Positions 42,901-54,879 of a stretch of DNA of 64,000 nt are shown one piece after another. The notes below the pieces were generated by a model. It saw only the letters and a list, made by a program, of their open reading frames with translations. It did no database searches and had not been told where the DNA came from. Positions within the stretch are counted from its first letter, which is position 1; every line of letters starts with the position of its first letter. Source of the stretch: Macrostomum lignano (Eukaryota); contig NIVC01001193.1 of NCBI GenBank assembly GCA_002269645.1, forward strand, positions 35,785-99,784. The letters run 5' to 3'. The position numbers and the translations under genes are program-made.

Positions 42901-45211
42901 GTGCTCACCGAGGCGGAGCTGCGGCGCCGGGAGGAGGCCGGCGGGAAAGAGGCCGAGGCGCGGAATCGGCGCCGCGACGAACAGAGCGAGCAGCGGGAAG
43001 CCGAGCGTCAGGAGCGCCAGCGCCAGGAGGAGGGCCGGCGCAAGGAGGCCGCAGAGGAGGCCGCAGGCGGCGGCGCCAAGAAGCAGCATCGACCGGGCTC
43101 GGCAGCGTCCTCGAAGTCCAGCGGCGGCTCCAAGCACGACGGTGGAGCGGCGGCGGAAGAAAAATCGTCTTCGTCCAAGTCGGCATCGCCGGTCAAGAAG
43201 TCGGGTCAGTCGTCGCCGTCGAAAGCCCGAGAGTCTCGCTTCCGGTCTAGATCCCGATCCCGATCCCGATCCCACTCTAAATCCCAGTCCAGATCTCGAT
43301 CTCGGTCACGCAGCCGGTCGGAGTCCTCGGCCGACGAAACGGGCCGAAGGTCCGGCAAGGCTGTCGGTGGCCGCAAAGAAGCGGCTGGGGGCGGTGAGTC
43401 ACGTGACGAGCGAAAAGCCAGGAAGCGCGAAGAGCGGGAGAAACGTGAGTTCGATTTTCTATATAAAAAAATAAGTCCACATGTACGTCTGTTAGGCCCT
43501 TATAGCACGCTCCCATCATCCTCTCCGTTCCGATTCAGGCGAACTAAGGAAATACTGCCGCGGCCAACTGCTCGACGCCCTGCGCCGCAAGAAGATGAAG
43601 CCGCTGAAGCGAGCGATGGACGAGTGGGAGGAGAATAAATTCTCTCTGAATGACGATCTGTTTATATTCTCTAAGAGCTACTATCGGATGATGGAGCTGC
43701 GAGAGAGTGAGTGAATTGGGTTGCTAAAGGGTTGAAGCAGATGCCGAATTTGGGACGTATCTTGCACCTCCTTCAGTGGGCGAACGCACATAAAAATATT
43801 TTCGATTCCTCATCAAAATAGAGCTAAAAGACAGCATCCGAGAGGCCAAAGCCAAGCGAGACAAAGAGTACATCGGCAAAGTACTAGAAGAGATCAACAA
43901 TGAGTTCTTTATGGACGAAATTCTGACCGAACTGGACCCAGACGTGCGCCGCGCTTTGGAAGTCTATCGACGATTCGATCGAATCGACAAGATCACCATA
44001 AAGCCGCTGAATCTTGACGAGAAGTCAAAGCTGGAGCTGGCCTCCTATTCCAGCCCGGATAAGAGCGTGCACATCACCTGCATGTCCGTGCTGCTCCTCA
44101 TGGGATACTATGAGAAGCGGACTAGGGTAAGTGCAGTGCATACTAAGATAACGACCACCTAGAGGTATCAATGAAAAAAATAGAACTTTGGGGTTGTCTG
44201 GATGAGCGTGGGATGGAAGGGGCAGGGAATAAAGTGGGTGTTTGGCTGGGTGGAAAATCGGAAAGGCCTAGATGAGCGCGGGAGGGGAGGGGCAAGGAGT
44301 GAGGTGGGTGTTTGGTTGGATGGAAAATCGGAAAGGCCTAGATGAGCGCGGGAGGGGAGGGACAAGGAGTGAGGTGGGTGTTTGGTTGGATGGAAAATCG
44401 GAAAGGCCTAGATGAGCGCGGGAGGGGAGGGGCAAGGAGTGAGGTGGGTGTTTGGTTGGATGGAAAATCGGAAAGGCCTAGATGAGCGCGGGAGGGGAGG
44501 GACAAGGAGTGAGGTGGGTGTTTGGTTGGATGGAAAATCGGAAAGGCCTAGATGATCGCGGGAGGGGAGGGGCAGGGAGTGAGGTGGGTGTTTGGCTGGG
44601 TGAAAATCTGAAAGGCCTGGATGAGCGCGGGATAGGAGGGGCAAGGATTGGGGTGGGTGTTTAGCTGGGTAGAAAATCGGAAAGGAACGAGTAGTAGTGC
44701 TATCGCTATCTCTGTTCCTATTGCAGAAATGGCGCCGTTGTCAGCCCCTGATCCGTGCGCTGAAGGTTGCCGATTTTAACCGGCTAGATCCGGCAAGCGT
44801 TCACCCGGCGATTGCGGCCAGAGCGAGAGAGCTGGTGTCCAATCTGGACGTGAAGGAGGTGGCATTGAAGAGCGCCGCTGCGGCGGCCTTTTTTGACTGG
44901 GTAAGATTCTGAAAATGCAGAATCGGATTCGACAGCAGCGATTAAAGCTTCCGGTTGCAACAATATTATTTATTGCCTTCAACAATAAACACTCGCTTCC
45001 CATCCAGTCACTCAACGCTGTGACAGCGGTTGGCGACCTGAACGACGACAGCGACACGAAGCCGGCCAGCATCAAGAAGCAGAAGAAGCTGTTCAAAGTT
45101 TCGGCCGAGGAGGATGCCGACCTGGACTGGGAGGATAAGGGCAAGCGAGTTCAAACGGCAAATGCTAACTCTGCCGGCGGCAGGGGCCGCGGCCGACCGC
45201 CGAGGAGGTGA
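36941..45211 (+). CDS. KY (kyphoscoliosis peptidase)/hillarin-like transglutaminase-fold protein, with an apparent 1-nt frameshift near 40500
   Basis: Exons 36941-37428, 40439-41092, 41752-43444, 43539-43706, 43822-44126, 44727-44900 and 45008-45211, all GT-AG and phase-consistent. Motifs [60 protein letters not shown] at 45243. Confidence 0.88.
37445..38970. repeat. 27-bp minisatellite CTGTCCTGTGTGCTTATCGGTGTGTGT (KY-like intron 1, 5' end)
   Basis: Directly visible. Confidence 0.95.
39361..39375. promoter_or_regulatory. X-box-like motif in the unique island of KY-like intron 1
   Basis: GTTACCATTGACAAC. Confidence 0.3.
39795..40410. repeat. Approximately 21-bp degenerate AATCCCAGAATCCCAACCCG array (KY-like intron 1, 3' end)
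   Basis: Directly visible. Confidence 0.9.
41108..41720. repeat. Approximately 22-bp degenerate GTAGTTTCGGACAGGGATTCCGG array (KY-like intron 2)
   Basis: Directly visible. Confidence 0.9.
44230..44680. repeat. 70-bp G-rich tandem repeat (KY-like intron 5)
   Basis: TTTGGTTGGA recurs at 44311, 44381, 44451 and 44521. Confidence 0.93.
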
Positions 45212-46042
45212 TTCCCAACTGCGTCTGTCTCCGCCAGCGAGCAATAAATTGTTTTTTTTAATAACATAAACGGCTTTTGTTAAGTCGAAATTGATTGTCG
45301 CGATTGCGTAGCAAATTAAATTGAGCTTTGTTATAAATCCAGTGCATTCCAGAGCCAATCAATGTAGGTTGACGAAGATGAGTGAGAAGGGTGAATGTAC
45401 ATTCAAGCTGTACACTTTAGCAGAGGGGACACCAATTAGAAGCGCAGTAGTGTAATTTTTTATCGAATTGGGTTTTGTTATGCCCAGGAACAAGGCAGCC
45501 AGAAGAAGTTAATGGTAATGTGCATTAGAGCGAGTGTACATTCCTATCGCTTTCAAGTCAGAAAAAATCCAATCTACATTGAATAAGGATTGAACAAAAT
45601 ACAGTCTGCAGCAACCTTTGATTTAATATTGGTATTAACTGATAAAGCTATCTTAATTAAAACAAAAACTTCTTCCCGTTTGAATGGCTCTATATCAACC
45701 TAATGTATATTTTATGTTATCTAACACCTAGCTATTTGAGACAATAATCTCTACAACACGATACTGATACTCCCTCCTCTAGCATGCTACTTTCTTGTTT
45801 AAATTTAAAGTTCTTGTTATATTTTGATTCTTATTTACGCAAGATTGCACATTATTAATTTAACTTAATGAAATTAATAACTTTAAATTTTGAGAACTTG
45901 ATATAAAGTCTCAAAAAAGATCTATACAGCTAATTCATTTTTGATTTATCTGTTTCCTCCTGATTGGAGCTGTTGCAGATGATTTGTCGGAAAGAAAGAT
46001 TTTTGTATATTCAATAAACGTTATAAACAAAAATATTGCTTA

Positions 46043-46325
46043 AATTTAGGGATCTGGCGGTCCCCAGATGTGCCAGCGGCCCAGGTTCGATTCCAAGCGC
46101 AGTGACATTAAAATTGGGGCTAAATTGGAATCTCGGTTTGGCTCTGCTCGTGCAATTAACGCCATTGAAGCCCAACCACAAAGGCACTGTGAAGTGTACA
46201 TGCCTAACGATAAATAAAGGGCGTTGTACACTCGTGTGAGTGTGTGCCTGCTCAAGGGAGTCGGTGGAATGGGCAGCAATGCCTCTCGCGACATGGTGCA
46301 CACAGCTCCCTTGCCTGTAACAAAA
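46043..46325 (+). mobile_element. tRNA-derived SINE copy (head partly deleted)
   Basis: B-box GGTTCGATTCC at 46084-46094. Aligns by eye with the inverted copy at 55850-56083. Confidence 0.7.
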
Positions 46326-47274
46326 AATTGGTTATATTTGTTTTTTATTACTTCTCTAAAAAGAAATATATTGGATGCATTATGAATAATTTACACATTT
46401 GATTTGCGTACCTGCAGAGCAGCGGATTCAGGCCGACCCCTTTGAACCCCCTGAACGTGTTAGTTGCACTAAATTTACTAGATTACTCAATTAAAACAAA
46501 AATTATATCAATCCAAGCGAGGTTACAATATTGAGGTAAGACATGAAGCATCTTATTTCTGAAATCTAAGTGTCAACAGACAGTGTACATCCATATATTT
46601 TCTGGCGCACAACAAATACGATTAAAAAATATTGTTTTTGCAAATAAAAAATCCTAAACATGAAAAAGCAGTGCATAATTAAACACAGAAAATGCCAGCA
46701 ATAATTGACAAAAACAGTTAATTAAAGCTGACAGACAGGCATATTCAATAGTGCATATTGTAATCTCTTAGCCTGGCAGAAAAAATCTTCACAAATTTTC
46801 GCAAAAAGCTCATTCCAATCCAGGCGCTAAGGAGCTGTAGAGTTGAAAGTACCAGATTGGTAAATACAAAACAGATTTATGATGATGATGATAGCAACTC
46901 CTGCCCCCTTAATCAGCTGTTCTAAATACACACTGTAAATCCAAATTATAGAACTTTTCTGCTTTTCTAGCTACTTTTAGTAAAAGGTGAAAAAAATTAC
47001 ATTTAAAATATATTAGACACAGAAGTGAAAACTATAAACAAGAGAAATTTAATTAATAAATATTTAGGAGGCTAAATATTTATGAAGTAGACAATTTATA
47101 TCTTTCTAATTATATGCTTCTTCGGAGAAAACAAAAGCACAACTAGAGAACAGACAATAAACACAGATTTGACTATAACTTTTACAAGTTAAATCTGAAT
47201 CTACACTCACTTTGATGTTGAAAAAGGTCACTCATTACTGGAAGAGGGGAAAGACTAGCTAACTCTGTAGCTAG

Positions 47275-47708
47275 CTAGACAGACAGACAAATAAAAAAGG
47301 ACAAAAGACACACAGACAGACAGACAAATAAAAAAGGACAAAAGACACACAGACAGACAGACAAATAAAAAAGGACAAAAGACACACAGACAGACAGACA
47401 GACAGACAGAGACAGGCAGACAGACAGACAGCCAGAGACAGGCAGACAGACAGACAGACACAGACAGACAGGCAGGCAGAGACAGACAGACAGACAGACA
47501 GAAAGGCAGGCAGGCAGACAGACAGGCAGGCAGACAGTCAGGCAGACATGCACTCAGGCAGAGACAGACAGACAGGCAGGCAGACATGCACTCAGACAGA
47601 GACAGACAGACAGGCAGGCAGACATGCACTCAGGCAGAGACAGACAGACAGGCAGGCAGACATACACTCAGGCAGACAGACAGACAGACAGTCAGGCAGA
47701 CAGACAGG
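47275..47708. repeat. (CAGA)n-rich microsatellite
   Basis: Directly visible. Confidence 0.92.
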
Positions 47709-47918
47709 TGAACATGGAGCGGCAGCAACACAAGCAAAAGTGCAGTTAAAAACGGCGTGAGGGAAAACAAGAAATGCTAATAAATAATAATTTACAGCTA
47801 GGAGAATTCAGAGGACCAATGAATGGCAAAAATCAGTCAGCGCTTGAGTCGGCCTGAGGCCAAAGCCAGCGCAATTTTATTAGAATTCCGCTCTCAATTG
47901 AGCAGCCGTCTCAACTTA

Positions 47919-50900
47919 TCACAGCACTTGCTCGTGCGGCAGTTTCACCCTAGGCGGATAGAACGTGTGGGTGAGCTTATAGTTAAGCAAGTTAGTGATG
48001 GAGGACATATAAACATCTGCGTAGCGGGCCAGACGCCTGCAAAAGAATGAAACGTGATTGTGCGTGCGAAATATTGAGCCAAAGTAAATGTTAGTCATGC
48101 CGGAGATGTCCTCTAGCAGGTTGCGCCGCTCCTCCAGCCACAGTTCGAGCAGGCCGCGACAGTCGGGGTGGCTGTCGTACACCTGAGGTGCGGTTTGGGG
48201 AACAGGTGAATTGATTCTGGCACAGGTAAATTGATTCTGGCACAGGTAAATTGATTCTGGCACAGGTAAATTGATTCTGGCACAGGTAAATTGATTCTGG
48301 CACAGGTGAATTGATTCTGGCACAGGTGAATTGATTCTGGCACAGGTGAATTGATTCTGGCACAGGTAAATTGATTCTGGCACAGGTAAATTGATTCTGG
48401 CACAGGTAAATTGATTCTGGCACAGGTGAATTGATTCTGGCACAGGTGAATTGATTCTGACACAGGTGAATTGATTCTGGCACAGGTGAATTGATTCTGA
48501 CACAGGTGAATTGATTCTGGCACAGGTGAATTGATTCTGACACAGGTGAATTGATTCTGGCACAGGTGAATTGATTCTGACACAGGTAAATGGTAATCAA
48601 CCGAGATAGGAGCTGGCAAACCGAGAAGATAAATAGATACAAGTGACAAAGGAAGCCAATATAAACAAGCAATTCGCACCTGCATCTCTGAGATCAGCCT
48701 CTCCAGCTGATCCAGCCAATAGACATTCTCCCTGTATCGATCCGATGACATCGAACGCAGCTCCTGGGCCAGTTCCGGTATGACAGCCCCGGTGCGCCAG
48801 CCGTGCTGCAACGAAGCGTCCAGTAAGTCGGACGAGACGTGATCGCCGCAGAACAGGGTCCTCTCGCCCTTCCACTGGGTGAGCTGGTGCAGCGCGGTCA
48901 CGTTGCCCTCGCTATAGACGGAGTGCGGCTCCAGCGACTCAACAGAGTGCCAGGAGGGCTGGCCGCCGATCGTGCACAAGTGACGGAAAGGCCTGGGACA
49001 AAAGTTAAGTTTATAGTGCCTATTACTGTACTGACAGTAGCAGGGCGTGCTGCTAAATTTGGTCTGTTTGAAACTTGGGATGTTTCATAATAAATCTTTT
49101 CCATTGAATCCACAAGAAAATCGCCTTTCTGTCTTGTTTCATTCCCGAAAGAACCTCCCTTCCTTCCCGTTTTATCCCCCAGGTTAATAGCTCTTCCCGT
49201 TCTATCCCCCAAGAGAATCACTCTTCCCGTTCTATCCCCCAAGACAATCACTCTTTCCGTTCTATCCCCCAAGACAATCACTCTTCCTTCTATCCCCCAA
49301 GACAATCACTCTTCCCGTTCTATCCCCCAAGACAATCACTCTTCCCGTTCTATCCCCCAAGACAATCACTCTTCCCGTTCTATCCCCCAAGACAATCACT
49401 CTTCCCGTTCTATCCCCCAAGACAATCACTCTTCCCGTTCTATCCCCCAAGACAATCACTCTTCCCGTTCTATCCCCCACTCTATCGCCGCGCTGGCCTG
49501 CCACGTCCAAGTGATCTACTGCGCCGTCGGCGACTCCAGCTCGCAGGCCATCTCATCCGCGCCGAGTCGTACTGCCCACAGCCGGTGCAGGAGGTGCTGC
49601 TGCTCACGCTGCAGGCACCCTACCGGCGAGGTCAAGCGCGAACTCGGCGTTATGTCGACTGTCTGCTGGCTGACGCCGGCGCCCCGGACACTGCCGGTGG
49701 CGCGGCCTTTGTTCGCGCCCAAGCCATGAAGCGCGCCCTGTGACGCTGACTTTTACCATCATGACAGCGTATTTTGTTGTTGTTGTTGTATCCCCCAAGA
49801 CAATCACTCTTCCCGTTCTATCCCCCAAGACAATCACTCTTCCCGTTCTATCCGCCAAGAGAATCACTCTTCCCGTTCTATCCCCCAAGAGAATCACTCT
49901 TCCCGTTCTATTCCCCAAGAGAATCACTCTTCCCGTTCTATCCCCCAAGAGAATCACTCTTCCCGTTCTATCCCCCAAGAGAATCGTTCTTCCCGTTCTA
50001 TCCCCCAAGACAATCACTCTTTCCGTTCTATCCCCCAAGAGAATCACTCTTCCCGTTCTATCCCCCAAGTGAATCACTCTTCCCGTTCTATCCCCCAAGA
50101 GAATCACTCTTCCCGTTCTATCCCCCAAGAGAATCACTCTTCCTGTTCTATTCCCCAAGAGAATCACTCTTCCCGTTCTATCCCCCAAGAGAATCACTCT
50201 TCCCGTTCTATCCCCCAAGAGAATCGTTCTTCCCGTTCTATCCCCCAAGACAATCACTCTTTCCGTTCTATCCCCCAAGAGAATCACTCTTCCCGTTCTA
50301 TCCCTCTAAGTGAATAGCTCTTCCCGTTCTACCCCCCAAGTGAATAGCTCTTCCCGTTCTATCCCCCAAGAGAATCACTCTTCCCGTTCTATCCCCCAAG
50401 ACAATCACTCTTCCCGTTCTATCCCCCAAGAGAATCACTCTTCCCGTTCTATCCCCCCAAGTGAATAGCTCTTCCCGTTCTATCCCCCAAGAGAATCACT
50501 CTTCCCGTTCTATCCCCCAAGAGAATCACTCTTCCCGTTCTATACCCCAAGAGAATCACTCTTCCCGTTCTATCCCCCAAGACAATCACTCTTCCCGTTC
50601 TATCCCCCAAGAGAATCACTCTTCCCGTTCTATCCCCCAAGACAATCATCACTCTTCCCGTTCTATCCCCCAAGAGAATCACTCTTCCCGTTCTATCCCC
50701 CCAAGTGAATAGCTCTTCCCGTTCTATCCCCCAAGAGAATCACTCTTCCCGTTCTATCCCCCAAGAGAATCACTCTTTCCGTTCTATCCCCCAAGAGAAT
50801 CACTCTTCCCGTTCTATCCCCCAAGACAATCACTCTTCCCGTTCTATCCCCCAAGAGAATCGTTCTTCCCGTTCTATCCCCCAAGACAATCACTCTTCCC

Positions 50901-53900
50901 GTTCTATCCCCCAAGAGAATCACTCTTCCCGTTCTATCCCCCAAGAGAATCACTCTTCCCGTTCTATCCCCCAAGACAATCACTCTTCCCGTTCTATCCC
51001 CCAAGACAATCACTCTTCCCGTTCTATCCCCCAAGAGAATCACTCTTCCCGTTCTATCCCCCAAGAGAATCACTCTTCCCGTTCTATCCCCCAAGAGAAT
51101 CACTCTTCCCGTTCTATCCCCCAAGAGAATCGTTCTTCCCGTTCTATCCCCCAAGAGAATCACTCTTCCCGTTCTATCCCCCAAGACAATCACTCTTTCC
51201 GTTCTATCCGCCAAGAGAATCACTCTTCCCGTTCTATCCCCCAAGAGAATCACTCTTCCCGTTCTATCCCCCAAGACAATCACTCTTCCCGTTCTATCCC
51301 CCAAGAGAATCACTCTTCCCGTTCTATCCCCCAAGAGAATCACTCTTCCCGTTCTATCCCCCAAGAGAATCGTTCTTCCCGTTCTATCCCCCAAGAGAAT
51401 CACTCTTCCCGTTCTATCCCCCAAGACAATCACTCTTTCCGTTCTATCCGCCAAGAGAATCACTCTTCCCGTTCTATCCCCCAAGAGAATCGTTCTTCCC
51501 GTTCTATCCCCCAAGAGAATCGTTCTTCCCGTTCTATCCCCCAAGACAATCACTCTTTCCGTTCTATCCCCCAAGACAATCGCCCTTCCCTCTGGATCAG
51601 TATCCCAGTATTTCTAGAAAGCACCAGAAACGAACTCACTTAGACGTGCTAGTAAAGAACAAAGGTTTCCTGGCTTGTACAACGACTAAATCGAAATATT
51701 GACGCCAATCTTTGCCAAGCAAATAGGTGAGGCCGCCGTCTCTGCAATTTTTTTTTCAATAATAAAGTTAGATTCTTAGCTTTCTACTATTAAAGCTACG
51801 ATAAGTAGCATACTAAGCACATTAGTAGCTAGCTGGCTAGATGACAGCAGCTAACTCTTACATGAAGTTATAGTTGCTATTGGACACTAGGAACACTTTC
51901 TTGCCGTTACGCTGCAGCCGGGACAGCAGCGGCTCCAGGCGCGAGTCCCGACGCAGGTAGCGCTCAGGATCGCGCACGATCTCGTCGTGCAGCTTGCCGG
52001 ATTGGTGCAGCTGCTCCATGCTGGCGCGCACGTCCGCGTGCAGCTGCATCGGGTCGAATTGGATGTTGCGCATCTCCAGGTACTGGAGAGGGAGACAGAG
52101 ATGTGGACGGGTGGGAACGTTTGGCTATTTTTAGTAAATGCCAAATGGATAGAGCAGTATACGGAAGCAAAGCGAGAATATAAGACAAGCGCAAAGACCA
52201 AGAAGACAAGAACAAAGATTGAGAAGACAAGAACAAAGATTGAGAAGACAAGAACAAAGATTGAGACGACAAAAACAAAGATTGAGAAGACAAGAACAAA
52301 GATTGAGAAGACAAGAACAAAGATTGAGAAGACAAGAACAAAGATTGAGAAGACAAGAACAAAGATTGAGAAGACAAGAACACAGACTCAGAAGACAAGA
52401 TCAAGGATTGAGAAGACAAGAACACAGACTCAGAAGAAAAGAACAAATGCTTAAGACAAGAAAAGACTAAGACGACAAACACTAGAAGAAAATAACTGAC
52501 AAAAACAAAAAATAAAAGACCATAAACAGACTACAAAAACAGACAGGATATTTTCCCAAAAGAATGAAAAGCAACAACTGAAGAGTATCTCTTACCTCGA
52601 TAAGATAAGCCAGCAGGTTCATCTCGGGTGCAGCAAAGGAGTCGTACAGCTGCACCATGTACTCGCTCTGTAGGAGGGGGGTGATTTTTTACAGCGGGAC
52701 TGTTAAATTTGTTCATGATTCTCGGGATCAATTCGGGATGATTCTCGGGATCAATTCGGGATGATTCTCGGGATCTATTCGGGATGATTCTCGGGATCAA
52801 TTCGGGATGATTCTCGGGATCAATTCGGGATGATTCTCGGGATCTATTCGGGATGATTCTTGGGATCAATTCGGGATGATTCTCGGGATCAATTCGGGAT
52901 GATTCTCGGGATCAATTCGGGATGATTCTCGGGATCAATTCGGGATGATTCTCGGGATCTATTCGGGATGATTCTCGGGATCAATTCGAGATGATTCTTG
53001 GGATTAATTCGGAATGATTCTTGGGATCAATTCGGGATGATTCTCGGGATCAATTCGGGATGATTCACGGGATCAATTCGGGATGATTCTCTGGATTCAA
53101 TTCTCGATGATTCTCTGGATCAATTCGGGACGATTCTCGGGATCAATTCAGAATGCTTCTTGGGATTAATTAAGGATGATTATCGGGATTAATTCGGGAT
53201 GATTCACGGGATAAATTCGGGATGATTTTGGGATCAATTCGGGATGATTCTCGGGATTAATTTGGGAGGATTCTCGGAATAAACTCGGGACACTTTTTTA
53301 ACTAAAAGACTGGGATAATAGTCCCATCATACAAATTCAAACCGACTAACATCGCCATATTCTTTCAGATAGCTGTCAGGAATCCGAGTGCCCTTGTAGA
53401 TTTTGGCAACCTGATCCGAGCTCAACGGCCTAAGGCCTCGATAGACAGTTCCCGGCTGAATATTGTGCACAGCGTCAGTTTTCAAGAATAGGCCCCGTTT
53501 GATGTCGAAATGCATACCGCGAGCGGCGAAGCTCGGGTTATAGAGAAAGTGCATAATGTTGCGCGGATAGTTGTATCGCTGTACGAGGTGACGCTTAGCG
53601 GATTCGAACATGAAAGCGGCGACATTGTCGTTGTAGTTGGCCAGAGTGAAGTCGTAGTCAAAGCCGTACACATCGATGTCCTGCAGTGACATCTCCGTGT
53701 TGGTGAAGATCAGGGTGGTCCAATTGCGATAGTCTGTACGGGGTCGCTTGGATCTGTAAAATATATTTAGCATTATTTCTAAGAAAGGCGCTAGATAGCG
53801 AAATCTTAAATATATGATATGATATGCTATAATCTTACTTTCCTAAATCCCAAAAATGGGATATTTCAGCCCCGATTCTCAAAAACCCCAAAATAGGATA

Positions 53901-54879
53901 TTCACTCCCAGTTCCCTAAATTTCTAAAAGGGATATTTTAATCCCGATTGCCTAAAATCTCAAAAATGGGATATTCACTCCCAATTCCCAAAAGTAACTT
54001 TCCAGTCCCGATTCCATAAGATCTAAAAAATATGGAATTCCATTCTTAATTTCCTAAGATTTAAAAATGGGATATTCCAGTCCTAATTTCCTAAGATGTA
54101 ACAATGGGGTATTGCACTCCCGGTTTCCTACGAGCGTAAAATATCAAATGGGATATACCAGTCCCGATTCCAAAAAATCACAAAATTTGGGATATTCCAA
54201 TCCCGATTCCCTAAAATCCTAAAAATGGGATATTCGAGTCTCAATAACCAAAAAAATCCCAACAATAAAATATTCCTGTCCCGATTCTTAAAATCCCAAA
54301 AATGGGACATACCACTCCCGATTCTTTAAAATCCCCAAAACGGAATATTCCAGTCCCGATTCCCTAAAATCCTTAAAAGGGGATATTTTAATAAAGATTC
54401 CCAAAGATCCCAACAATGGGATATTCCAGTCTCGAATCCTTAAAATCCCGAAAATGGGATATTCCACTCCTGGTTCCCAAAATCCCAAAACGTTATTTTT
54501 CAGTCTCAGCAATCCCAAAACTGGGATACATCAATAATTATCCACAGAATCTCGAGAATGAGGTATCTAAATTCACCCAAGGACAGTAAAAGATGAAGAG
54601 TAAACCTCACCTGAATTGAGCATACTGTTTAGCAGCCGAATACTTTTCCTGCATCAGTTCATACAGAGACATCTGCACTTCAATTGTGCGAGCGGGCGGC
54701 GGCGGCAAGGATTCGCCAGCTGAAGACGCCGACGGCGAGGATCTGGGTATGCGCAGGCCGGCCGGAGCGGTGGGCCTGGCTTTGGGCACGAAGTCGCTGG
54801 AGAGTTGACGACGCCAACTCGCCAGCCGACTGAGCAGCCGGCTTGAGCTCGACATAGGCACAGAGCCGGAGCGATGCAT
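47919..54879 (-). CDS. NT5DC3: 5'-nucleotidase domain-containing protein (NT5DC2/3-like, HAD family) with a mitochondrial-transit-like N-terminus
   Basis: Exons 54879(or 54855)-54611, 53753-53351, 52667-52596, 52082-51862, 51741-51640, 48992-48680 and 48184-47919. HAD motifs [16 protein letters not shown] and GDHVSSD, plus [11 protein letters not shown] and [22 protein letters not shown] on the - strand at 47881-47876. NT5DC2 versus NT5DC3 cannot be resolved by eye. Confidence 0.93.
48203..48590. repeat. 20-bp minisatellite CACAGGTRAATTGATTCTGG (NT5DC intron 6)
   Basis: Directly visible. Confidence 0.95.
49180..51590. repeat. 30-bp minisatellite AAGAGAATCACTCTTCCCGTTCTATCCCCC (NT5DC intron 5), interrupted by the LINE
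   Basis: Directly visible. Confidence 0.95.
49480..49788 (+). mobile_element. 5'-truncated RTE-type non-LTR retrotransposon copy
   Basis: Frame 49480-49743 is open: [39 protein letters not shown], a typical RTE ORF2 C-terminus. It is followed by a short 3' UTR and a (TTG)n tail. TATCCCCCA is duplicated at 49471-49479 and 49789-49797. Confidence 0.85.
52197..52450. repeat. 21-bp minisatellite AAGACAAGAACAAAGATTGAG (NT5DC intron 3)
   Basis: Directly visible. Confidence 0.92.
52715..53290. repeat. 23-bp minisatellite ATTCTCGGGATCAATTCGGGATG (NT5DC intron 2)
   Basis: Directly visible, decaying toward 53290. Confidence 0.93.
53835..54520. repeat. Old degenerate approximately 37-bp array AAAATGGGATATTCCAGTCCCGATTCCCTAAAATCC (NT5DC intron 1)
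   Basis: Recurrent but diverged units. Confidence 0.8.

Noticed and set aside
41725-43275. 516-aa antisense ORF
   Set aside because: It is a shadow of the GC-rich KY-like exon 3 and has no independent motifs.
46051-46100. Genuine tRNA gene (also at 56010-56078)
   Set aside because: No full cloverleaf or anticodon arm, and it is fused to a shared non-tRNA body, so it is a SINE.
49511-49729. GC-rich island as an NT5DC exon or nested gene
   Set aside because: NT5DC splices cleanly from 51640 to 48992. Inclusion of the island gives a stop, and a third frame, the tail and the TSD identify it as a LINE.
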